DNA from: a virus
Lineage: Duplodnaviria; Caudoviricetes
DNA length: 56,775 nt
Virus record (IMG/VR): IMGVR_UViG_3300015360_000005
Location: 1-56,775 of that record
Reading direction: 5' to 3' (one strand)
In this document: one piece after another, positions 30,072 through 37,422 of the stretch
Position numbering within the stretch: the stretch's first letter is position 1
Layout: each line of letters opens with the position of its first letter
Program-made: the position numbers and the translations under genes
Notes under the pieces: model-generated
The model's input: only the letters and a program-made list of their open reading frames with translations
Told to the model about the DNA's origin: nothing
The model's database searches: none

Positions 30072-30088
30072 GTAACAGGAGAGTTGAT

Positions 30089-31087
30089 ATGATTTCGGAA
30101 CACGAAACGCTGGATGAGATGTGGTTAGAGGCGAGCCAGTTCATTCTGTCCAATGGAAAGGATGTTGACTCGCGTGATGGTGCAAGCAAGGAGATCATGG
30201 GATACTCCGCTCGCCTCCTACAGCCTACTGCGAATTTCATGTTCAATCCAATTCGCCGTATGAGCCCATCTTATGCCGCTGCTGAGATGCTCTGGTATCT
30301 CAGTGGACGCAACGAGATTGACATGATTAAATGCTACGCTCCTCAGTACGAGCGGTTCGCGTCAAAGAGTGTCGCCAATGGAGCGTATGGACATCGCTGG
30401 ATCAATACAAATAAGTACACGGACGCTGTGGGCGTGGAAGAAAATCAACTCAATCGCCTACGTTACCTTCTCTCAACAAAGCAGGAGACGCGGCAAGCGG
30501 TTCTCACAATGTATTTCCCCCAAGACTTAATGCGCGCCGAGGGAGCATACGGTGAAGAGGGATCAAAAGACATTCCCTGCACACTGAGTCTACACTTTAT
30601 TGTTCGCGAGAAGAAGCTTAATCTCATCGCGACAATGCGGTCCAACGACGTATGGCTCGGCATGCCCTACGACGTATTCTGCTTTACTACCCTGCAGGAC
30701 CTTATCGCGCAGTCCCTCGGACTAGAGCTTGGATGGTATCAGCATCAGGCTACGTCATTACACGTGTATGAGCGCAATCTCGAGAAGTTCAAAGAGGCTG
30801 CAAATCCTCCCTCGTTTATATGTGGTCCTCTGGAGTATGTTCCGTCGCTCGCTGGTGAAATCTTCTGGGATGGAATTCACAAGGCACTGAACTTTGAATC
30901 GTGGTCACGGCGAGAGAAGCTTTTTCCAGCCGACATTGGAAGTGCGCTCGGCGAGAACAGCCTGTTAAAGTCCCTCTGCTTTATGTGTGCAACTAAATGG
31001 GAGCCTGCCTGTTGCCGGAAGGCTAGCAAGTTCACCGCGAACTCCCTCATGGCAAACTATCTCGAAGAGCATTGGAGCAAGGAATAA
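30089..31087 (+). CDS. Thymidylate synthase-fold pyrimidine (hydroxy)methylase, Asp (dCMP-type) specificity residue
   Basis: GAYG.RW, TRQAV, catalytic DIPCT, MRSNDVWLGMPYD, SLHVY. Confidence 0.85.
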   Translation: MISEHETLDEMWLEASQFILSNGKDVDSRDGASKEIMGYSARLLQPTANFMFNPIRRMSPSYAAAEMLWYLSGRNEIDMIKCYAPQYERFASKSVANGAYGHRWINTNKYTDAVGVEENQLNRLRYLLSTKQETRQAVLTMYFPQDLMRAEGAYGEEGSKDIPCTLSLHFIVREKKLNLIATMRSNDVWLGMPYDVFCFTTLQDLIAQSLGLELGWYQHQATSLHVYERNLEKFKEAANPPSFICGPLEYVPSLAGEIFWDGIHKALNFESWSRREKLFPADIGSALGENSLLKSLCFMCATKWEPACCRKASKFTANSLMANYLEEHWSKE

Positions 31088-31614
31088 TGTTCATCATCGA
31101 AGGAGCTGACAATCTCGGTAAGACAACTGCAGCAAAGCAGATCGTAGAGAAGATTGAGCGCTTCCCAGTCTTCTACTCGCACATGACTCGGCCGAAGCTG
31201 AACGCATTTAACTTCGGCACGCATTACGTAGACCGGATGTCTGTCTATGGTGTGCAGGACCGCTTCCATCTCGGAGGGATTGTCTACCACGACGCAATCG
31301 GCCCGACGGCTCTGCGTTACATTGAAGGCGAACTCTTGGTCCGCGGTTCGTACATCGCAATCTTTATTGCGCGCGACGAAGCATGGTATCGCCAGCATCT
31401 CGAATCAAACAAGAAAGATGAGATGTACGGTATCGAAACAATGGTTAAGACAAACCAGAAGTTCATCGAGCTCGTTGACACGCACAGAGTTCACTTTGAC
31501 GCTTTGTGCGAAGTCAGCGAGCATGGATTTCCCGGCTACTCTCTCATCGAGTATTGGTGTGAGCAGTGGAAGGATCGCCTCAGAGCGAAGGAATCACGAT
31601 GCGGCAACAAATAA
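31087..31614 (+). CDS. dNMP kinase (thymidylate kinase-like)
   Basis: IIEGADNLGKTT P-loop, QDRFHLG..VY. Confidence 0.82.
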   Translation: MFIIEGADNLGKTTAAKQIVEKIERFPVFYSHMTRPKLNAFNFGTHYVDRMSVYGVQDRFHLGGIVYHDAIGPTALRYIEGELLVRGSYIAIFIARDEAWYRQHLESNKKDEMYGIETMVKTNQKFIELVDTHRVHFDALCEVSEHGFPGYSLIEYWCEQWKDRLRAKESRCGNK

Positions 31615-32114
31615 GAATCGCCAGCTATTACCTGATGCAACTGGATCAGACAAAGGTAATGGCTGAAGAGCGAACGCGCTGCAAGCGGAAGGGAGTAGGA
31701 TGCGCTCTTCACAATTATACGGCGAGGGCGTTCTTTTCTAATAACGGTCCAGCTAGACCGAACTTCGGATGCTTGAACATTCCAGGAAAGTGTGGATGCG
31801 TTCATTCGGAACCGCGCGTTGTGATGAATGCTCTACGTGCAGGTTGGAAGTCCGGTCTGATCATGACCTGCACATATTCGCCGTGTGAAACGTGTGCTAA
31901 CATCATTATTGATTCTGGCGTAGTCGCCGGAGTAGTCTACGACATCATGACAACGTATCCCGACAGAGTATGTCGTGGAGCAGAATTCCTTCGCAGTGTA
32001 ATGCCAGTCATCACCGCGTTGGAGCTCAAGAAATTCTTGGCAGACCCTGCTACGGAGGTGGGAACAGGTGCTCAACTTAGGGAATGGGAATCTATTAGTC
32101 CAGTCAGCAAGTGA
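31599..32114 (+). CDS. dCMP deaminase-like zinc deaminase
   Basis: HSE and SPCETC motifs, C.RK.VGC. Confidence 0.85.
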   Translation: MRQQIRIASYYLMQLDQTKVMAEERTRCKRKGVGCALHNYTARAFFSNNGPARPNFGCLNIPGKCGCVHSEPRVVMNALRAGWKSGLIMTCTYSPCETCANIIIDSGVVAGVVYDIMTTYPDRVCRGAEFLRSVMPVITALELKKFLADPATEVGTGAQLREWESISPVSK

Positions 32115-34062
32115 ACTCCCGGAAGTCTTTGGAGTCAACGAGCTCTATCTGGACGTAGAAACACAGTCTAACAGCCCGAAGCGTCCCGGCGACTCCCCGT
32201 ATCAAGGGGATCGCATTTGTGGCGTCTCAATAACTTACGACGACTGCTCAAACGCATGGTACATTCCCGTGCGACACTCGGATGGGCGTTGGAACATAGA
32301 CATTGAGCCGTTCCAAAAATGGTTGCGAAAGGTTATCTGGTCTTCTAAGAGGTGGATCAATCACAACATTCTTTTTGACATGCACTTCTGTGCGATGGAT
32401 GGAGTTGAGTATACGTGGGATCAGTTTGTAACCGAGATCTTTGACACACTCGTGTTCGCCAAGATCGTGGACAGCGACCGCGTCATCGAAGGTTATGGAT
32501 TGAAAGACCTCGCTCACGATTGGTGCAATGCTGACAACGAAGATCGCACGCGGATGCAAGCGTATCTTAAAGGCATGAAGTCTAAGAACTATGCAGATTG
32601 TCCCGCAGACATCATGGGCGACTACGCTTGCGGAGACGTGCGAAAGAATCGCGCCGTGTACCACAAGATTCTGTCGATGTATGATTCCAGCATGAAGCTC
32701 TGCTGGGAAAACGAAATGCGTCTAACTCCTGTGATCTACGACATTGAAGATTTCGGAATGCCTGTTGACAACACAGAACTCAAGGTGGAGAAAGCGAAGT
32801 CGCTCCATAAACAGATTATGATGGGTGACAGGCTGCACACATTGCTCGGGCATGAAATGAACCCTAAGAGCAATCCGCAAGTCTATGACGTGCTGATCAA
32901 CCAGTTTGGACTTCCGATTCTCGCTACAAACGAAGACGAGAAAAGCAGCACGTTTGGAAATCCAACCTTCGACAAGGATGCGCTCGCGCTGTACCTTATT
33001 CATCCATCAGTACTTGCAGACCCTCTTAAGCTGGAAACAGTCAAGCTGATAAAAGGGCTCCGCGACGAATGTCACTTTGAGAGCTTGTTTCTGAACACAT
33101 ACATTGAGCAGGCTGTAAACGGCATTCTGCATCCGTCGTATAATCAAGTCGTGCGTACCGGACGCATGTCGTGTCGCAATCCAAATGCACAGCAACTAAA
33201 CAAACGCGCGAAGAAGTTAATTCATCCACGTCCTGGTATGGCAATCCTGTCCGCCGACTATTCGCAAATCGAATTCCGCCTCATCGCACATTATATTTGT
33301 GACCAAGAGGCGATTAAGGCATACAACGAAAAGCCAGACACAGACTTCCATTCCTGGGTCGCGTCTATGTGTGGTGTAAAGCGCAAGGCTGCGAAGTGCT
33401 TGAACTTCGGAATGGGATTTGGCGCTGGAAAAGCAAAGGTCGTTAAGATGCTTTCCGGTAATCCGGACGTCATAGAAGCAACGTCAGTCAAGATCAATCT
33501 CATGATCGAGTCTGGCGTGCTCATCGCTGCAAATCGAAACATTGAATACAAGAAGCAGTGCGAAATCCTAGCGGAGGGACTCTACAATATCTACCACGAA
33601 CGACTCCCTGGAATCAAGGCAACGTCGCGTCGCGCGGCGGATGTAGTTAAGGCACGCGGATACGTTTTCAACGCTTATGGAAGGCGTCGTCACTTGCAGG
33701 ATCGCTTCTGTTACAAGGCATTTAATTCTGTCGTTCAGTCGTGCGCGGCAGACGTCATGAAAGACACTACAGTCAAGCTCGCTCCGCGATACAACAAAGT
33801 CACACGAGACTGGGGATACAATATTTTCGCTCTCGTGCATGACGACGCGTCCGGCATGGGTCCTGTGGAATCAATCCTCGATCCAATGTTCCAAAGACAC
33901 CTTAAAACAACGTTGGAGGACTCCACGATAAAGTTTTCCATTCCAATTGTCACGGAAATGGGATACAGCCTGCGCGACTGGGGAGAAGCAAGCGCGGAAG
34001 AGCCTGTGGTGGTAGATGGGCATGTGGTAGCGGGACCGCTGAATAATTCCAGTCTACCATAG
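32068..34062 (+). CDS. polA: Family A DNA polymerase with 3'-5' exonuclease
   Basis: DVET, HNILFD, YACGD; RTGRMSC.NPN.QQ; motif A DYSQIEFR; motif B KCLNFGMGFG; motif C VHDD. Confidence 0.95.
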   Translation: MLNLGNGNLLVQSASELPEVFGVNELYLDVETQSNSPKRPGDSPYQGDRICGVSITYDDCSNAWYIPVRHSDGRWNIDIEPFQKWLRKVIWSSKRWINHNILFDMHFCAMDGVEYTWDQFVTEIFDTLVFAKIVDSDRVIEGYGLKDLAHDWCNADNEDRTRMQAYLKGMKSKNYADCPADIMGDYACGDVRKNRAVYHKILSMYDSSMKLCWENEMRLTPVIYDIEDFGMPVDNTELKVEKAKSLHKQIMMGDRLHTLLGHEMNPKSNPQVYDVLINQFGLPILATNEDEKSSTFGNPTFDKDALALYLIHPSVLADPLKLETVKLIKGLRDECHFESLFLNTYIEQAVNGILHPSYNQVVRTGRMSCRNPNAQQLNKRAKKLIHPRPGMAILSADYSQIEFRLIAHYICDQEAIKAYNEKPDTDFHSWVASMCGVKRKAAKCLNFGMGFGAGKAKVVKMLSGNPDVIEATSVKINLMIESGVLIAANRNIEYKKQCEILAEGLYNIYHERLPGIKATSRRAADVVKARGYVFNAYGRRRHLQDRFCYKAFNSVVQSCAADVMKDTTVKLAPRYNKVTRDWGYNIFALVHDDASGMGPVESILDPMFQRHLKTTLEDSTIKFSIPIVTEMGYSLRDWGEASAEEPVVVDGHVVAGPLNNSSLP

Positions 34063-34096
34063 GGGGACGGTCCCTAAAACTCGGACTAAGGGTCAC

Positions 34097-34130
34097 TTCC
34101 TCGCGTTTACCCTAGGGTAAACGCGAGGAA
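34097..34130. repeat. Perfect 34-bp palindrome
   Basis: TTCCTCGCGTTTACCCT|AGGGTAAACGCGAGGAA, no spacer. Confidence 0.95.
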
Positions 34131-34201
34131 AACCGACTACAAAATATATATTACTTTGTTTCACAAAGTTAGAGGAAAGTCATAGCAAAAATCCCCATAA
34201 G

Positions 34202-34210
34202 TGCTACAAT
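34202..34210 (+). promoter_or_regulatory. Putative extended -10 promoter for the ribozyme-punctuated operon
   Basis: TG-C-TACAAT after an AT-rich tract at 34139-34200. Confidence 0.55.
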
Positions 34211-34216
34211 GGGGTC

Positions 34217-34588
34217 TCAATCGAAACGGGTCGGCAGCGCAACCTCGAAACTGCCAGTCGCGTCCAGCGCGCAAGCTATTGCAAGGCCTCCGGGTCTCAG
34301 GATTGGTTGACGTGTTCATTCGCTGCTATAGTGGTAGCGAACAGCAACACTATCCGCAAGGGTCGTCACTACCATGTTTTCCGGGTCGCGCGCAATGCAA
34401 GGCGGAAAATCCGCTGTGTAAGATCGCTCCCGCAAAATAACGTTTCGAAAGAAGCGTGTAGGCTCAATCCGGAGAAATGGATTGTAGAAACGTCGCGAGA
34501 CGTTCCGAGTCCGAAAGACAAATGCAGGACCCTTAATGCACACAACTAGGTCGAAACGCTGCAAGGCGAACATTCACCTTGCAGCGTC
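34217..34588 (+). ncRNA. Candidate structured ncRNA/leader ending at hammerhead 1
   Basis: No ORF with a good RBS; hairpins CGTTTC-GAAA-GAAGCG (34441-56), CAATCC..GGATTG (34465-84), AACGTC-GCGA-GACGTT (34489-504), GCGGA.TCCGC. Confidence 0.45.
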
Positions 34589-34618
34589 TGCGAGTATGGA
34601 GCTCGCACTGACGAGACC
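34549..34618 (+). ncRNA. Type II hammerhead ribozyme 1
   Basis: GGTC-GAAA-[CGCTGCAAGG/CCTTGCAGCG]-TC-[TGCGAG/CTCGCA]-CTGACGA-GACC; GUC site, cut after 34588. Confidence 0.93.
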
Positions 34619-34642
34619 ACAACCAAAAGAGGAGAAAAGAAG

Positions 34643-35032
34643 ATGGCAAAGATTACGATTGAATGTGTGAGCGAAGTTTTTGATCCGATGGCCCGCAACC
34701 CTACCTACATAGCTAGCATCAGGGAGGTAAAAGCGTATTCGCGCACCTCGGCCAAGCATGCATTAGCATGCTTGTCTGAGAAAATAGTGGCATTGGCTCA
34801 AATGGCTGTGGAAAAACAAAACTCGTCGCGAGTCATCATTATGACGCGCGACGCCGAGAATGCTTTCTTGCTGGTGGAGTTTCGACATGGTGCATGGATG
34901 TGGACTGCTGTTCGTAACGGTGGCACTTCTATATCCTGCATAACGTGCAAGACCATCGAAGAGGCGCTGAAGTATGCACGTAGTCAGGCTGAAGAATCAT
35001 TCTCAGGAATATTGTGGGAGTACAAGCTTTAA
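34643..35032 (+). CDS. Hypothetical protein (ribozyme-flanked unit 1)
   Basis: AGAGGAG RBS after ribozyme 1. Confidence 0.75.
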   Translation: MAKITIECVSEVFDPMARNPTYIASIREVKAYSRTSAKHALACLSEKIVALAQMAVEKQNSSRVIIMTRDAENAFLLVEFRHGAWMWTAVRNGGTSISCITCKTIEEALKYARSQAEESFSGILWEYKL

Positions 35033-35048
35033 TCCCGACAAACTCTAA

Positions 35049-35102
35049 GGTCGAAACGCGCGCGAGCGCGTCTGCGAGTATGGAGCTCGCACTGACGAGA
35101 CC
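35049..35102 (+). ncRNA. Type II hammerhead ribozyme 2
   Basis: GGTC-GAAA-CGCGC(GCGA)GCGCG-TC-TGCGAG(TATGGAG)CTCGCA-CTGACGA-GACC; cut after 35072. Confidence 0.94.
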
Positions 35103-35126
35103 AGCGTTCTCAAGGATGGCAACAAA

Positions 35127-35639
35127 ATGAAGACCGAACTTTTCGCAGACTATAACGAGTTCCTTGCTCGCCCCAATAAAACAGTCAACGGCGCGACGCA
35201 AGCTTTCGCGTTGCAGAACCACATAGATCTGGACCTTGACTCTGGAAACAACGGATGCTGGAATATGTGCTCCGGCTGTGCCGACTGCACAGGCTGCTCC
35301 GGCTGCTCCCGCTGCTGGGACTGCTCCGGCTGCACAGGCTGCTCCCGCTGCTCCCGCTGCTCCGGCTGCACAGGCTGCACCGACTGCACAGGCTGCTTCC
35401 GCTGCTGGGACTGCTTCCGCTGCTGGGACTGCTCCGGCTGCTGCTCCGGCTGCACCGACTGCACCGACTGCTCCCGCTGCGTCCGCTGCTCCGACTGCAC
35501 CGACTGCACCGAATGCTCCCGCTGCGTCCGCTGCTCCGACTGCCTCCACTGCTCCCGCTGCTCCGGCTGCTCCCGCCGTGAAGCAGGTGCTAAAATAGTC
35601 AATGCAAACGGCAGCCACACTACTGCCGAGATTGGATAG
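35127..35639 (+). CDS. (Cys-x-x)n repeat protein, paralogue A (ribozyme-flanked unit 2)
   Basis: MKTELFADY N-terminus shared with 49624 and 50189; 9-bp TGCNNNNNC repeats. Confidence 0.75.
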   Translation: MKTELFADYNEFLARPNKTVNGATQAFALQNHIDLDLDSGNNGCWNMCSGCADCTGCSGCSRCWDCSGCTGCSRCSRCSGCTGCTDCTGCFRCWDCFRCWDCSGCCSGCTDCTDCSRCVRCSDCTDCTECSRCVRCSDCLHCSRCSGCSRREAGAKIVNANGSHTTAEIG

Positions 35640-35692
35640 GTCGAAACGCGCGCGAGCGCGTCTGCGAGTATGGAGCTCGCACTGACGAGACC
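35639..35692 (+). ncRNA. Type II hammerhead ribozyme 3
   Basis: Identical to ribozyme 2; overlaps the upstream TAG; cut after 35662. Confidence 0.94.
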
Positions 35693-35714
35693 AGCGTTCT
35701 CAAGGAGAAAGAAG

Positions 35715-36050
35715 ATGACAAAGAGCAACAAAGCAGCAAAGCAGCAGTACCGGAAGCTCTCACCGGAAGAGACAGCAATTCTCAACAAAATCGAATCCGA
35801 CAAGAAACAGCTCAAGGCACTGCGTAAGGCAGTCCGGCAGGCAGAGGTCAAGGACCGCAAGGACGCACGAACTGCGGAAGGCAAAGAAGCCAAAGTCAAG
35901 CGGGACGCTATCCGCAACGGACGCAATACTGCACGCAAGGAGCTCGCAAAGGAGTTTGCAGCCTTCCGCAAAGATCCGACGAAGAGCGGCAACGCGAAGG
36001 CGATGGCCGAAGCAATGAAGGAATGGATGAAAGTCAACGTCCCGTTCTAG
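35715..36050 (+). CDS. Basic Lys/Ala/Arg-rich helical protein (ribozyme-flanked unit 3)
   Basis: AAGGAG RBS, ATG 35715, highly basic. Confidence 0.75.
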   Translation: MTKSNKAAKQQYRKLSPEETAILNKIESDKKQLKALRKAVRQAEVKDRKDARTAEGKEAKVKRDAIRNGRNTARKELAKEFAAFRKDPTKSGNAKAMAEAMKEWMKVNVPF

Positions 36051-36102
36051 GTCGAAACGCGCGCGAGCGCGTACAACGGTATCTGCCGTTGCTGATGAGA
36101 CC
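36050..36102 (+). ncRNA. Type II hammerhead ribozyme 4
   Basis: GGTC-GAAA-CGCGC(GCGA)GCGCG-TA-CAACGG(TATCTG)CCGTTG-CTGATGA-GACC; GUA site, cut after 36073; stem I fully co-varied. Confidence 0.94.
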
Positions 36103-36144
36103 AGAGGTTCTCGGTTCCTCTAAAGGAACAGAAGGAGTAGTATC

Positions 36145-36621
36145 ATGGCTGACGGAGCAAAGAAGGTCGGTGGTGGAGTTAAGAAGGTCGGAGGAGGAGC
36201 TTCCGCAGGAGGCAAGCCGGAAAAGGAAAAGCGCGCGAAGCGTGTTGCGTACGATCCGAAGACCGCGGCGAGGAACGAGCTCGACAAGGAAGGTAAGCTG
36301 ACCGTGTCCCGCCCAGTAAACTGGGATCCGATCAAGCACAAGCCGATCAAGAAGAAGGACTTCGCGATGTCGGCGAATCACATGGGTCACACGGCGGACA
36401 TCATCGAACAGAAGGGTAAGGACCTGATCGAGAAGGCCGGGAAGATGAAGATCAAGGCCGACCGCATGTCCAAGATGGGTGACGAGAAGACCCAGAAGAC
36501 GGTCAAGCGCGCCGAGAAGGTCTTCAAGCAGCTCTCCGAACTCAAGGCATCGCTGGCCGAAGCCGGAATCGACATCAACGAAATCCTCAAGGAGCAGGAC
36601 GAAGCCGCTGCGAAGGAATAA
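36145..36621 (+). CDS. Lys-rich hypothetical protein
   Basis: AAGGAG RBS; strong G/C-ending codon bias suggests high expression. Confidence 0.8.
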   Translation: MADGAKKVGGGVKKVGGGASAGGKPEKEKRAKRVAYDPKTAARNELDKEGKLTVSRPVNWDPIKHKPIKKKDFAMSANHMGHTADIIEQKGKDLIEKAGKMKIKADRMSKMGDEKTQKTVKRAEKVFKQLSELKASLAEAGIDINEILKEQDEAAAKE

Positions 36622-36633
36622 ATTGTCCGGCGG

Positions 36634-36710
36634 AAGGGTGAGGCATTTAGCCTCACCCTTTATACTTGGACCTCCTTTGCATATAAAGGAGCTCCAAGTG
36701 TAAAGGGTGA
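36634..36710 (+). terminator. Terminator-like hairpin with overlapping alternative long hairpin
   Basis: AAGGGTGAGGC/GCCTCACCCTT (36634-60) versus 36653-36710 stem. Confidence 0.6.
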
Positions 36711-36744
36711 AACGTACACAGGATCGGAGCTAAGGAGGCTCTAA

Positions 36745-37215
36745 ATGCTCATGGAAAAAGCCAAGAGGACGTGGGACACACCTGTTCCGAAGGAAGAACG
36801 GGAAGCGAAGGAGCGCAAGCGCGGAGTAAAGCGTGAGAAGGCTGACAAGGAAAAGCTCCTACGCTCCGCGCAAGGCTACCGCGCATACTGGAAGATCGTG
36901 CTGGAGCAGAACCAGTCTATTATCGATCAGATAGACTTGCGTATTGCAGCACTGGAAGATCGCCAAAAGAAACTCCTGATCGAAATTCAAATCGCACCGG
37001 ACAGACTCAAGTCGTTAGAGTCTAAAGTCGCACTCCTGCTCAGGGAGCTAAACGTTCCCGCCGACTTGGACAAGAAAATAGTGAGGGCGATGAAGCTCCA
37101 CGGGCAGCTCGCACGCATGACGCGGGAGCTTGAAGGACTGCAATTGGAGCCGGAGCAGTTAGAACTACTAAAGAAAGCGGCAACGCTAGGTCTTGGCGAG
37201 GATCGGGGCGTATGA
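36745..37215 (+). CDS. Coiled-coil hypothetical protein
   Basis: AAGGAGG RBS. Confidence 0.7.
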   Translation: MLMEKAKRTWDTPVPKEEREAKERKRGVKREKADKEKLLRSAQGYRAYWKIVLEQNQSIIDQIDLRIAALEDRQKKLLIEIQIAPDRLKSLESKVALLLRELNVPADLDKKIVRAMKLHGQLARMTRELEGLQLEPEQLELLKKAATLGLGEDRGV

Positions 37216-37412
37216 ATATCAAACCTGAAGGACCCGGAGTATACCGTCTGCGCTTGCTCGACGGAACGATAGCAGTCTTTGAGGTACTGGACTCCAAGAC
37301 TGTAAGAGTGTTCGAAGAAGGATCAGAAACTAAGCGCGAGGTCTCTACGGAGGAGGCTCGTGCGTTCTACGAACGTTTCTGCAAGGAAGATAAAGCCAAA
37401 AGAATTACCTAA
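37212..37412 (+). CDS. Small hypothetical protein
   Basis: ATGA coupling to the upstream gene. Confidence 0.55.
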   Translation: MNIKPEGPGVYRLRLLDGTIAVFEVLDSKTVRVFEEGSETKREVSTEEARAFYERFCKEDKAKRIT

Positions 37413-37422
37413 GGAGGGTAAA

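Noticed and set aside
34097-34130. Protelomerase site of a linear plasmid-phage
   Set aside because: No tyrosine-recombinase-like, Par or Rep gene recognised.
35670-35714. Track start MELALTRP for the basic protein
   Set aside because: That ATG is in ribozyme 3 loop I; ATG 35715 has the RBS.
34929-36037. Long minus-strand and alternative-frame ORFs over the Cys tract (also 49468-50694)
   Set aside because: They arise from stop-free 9-bp periodicity and lack RBSs; kept only as part of the frame-switch finding.
34549-36102. CRISPR array or simple REP-like repeats
   Set aside because: Spacing is 400-590 bp and filled with genes, no cas genes are present, and the repeats fit the hammerhead fold with covariation.
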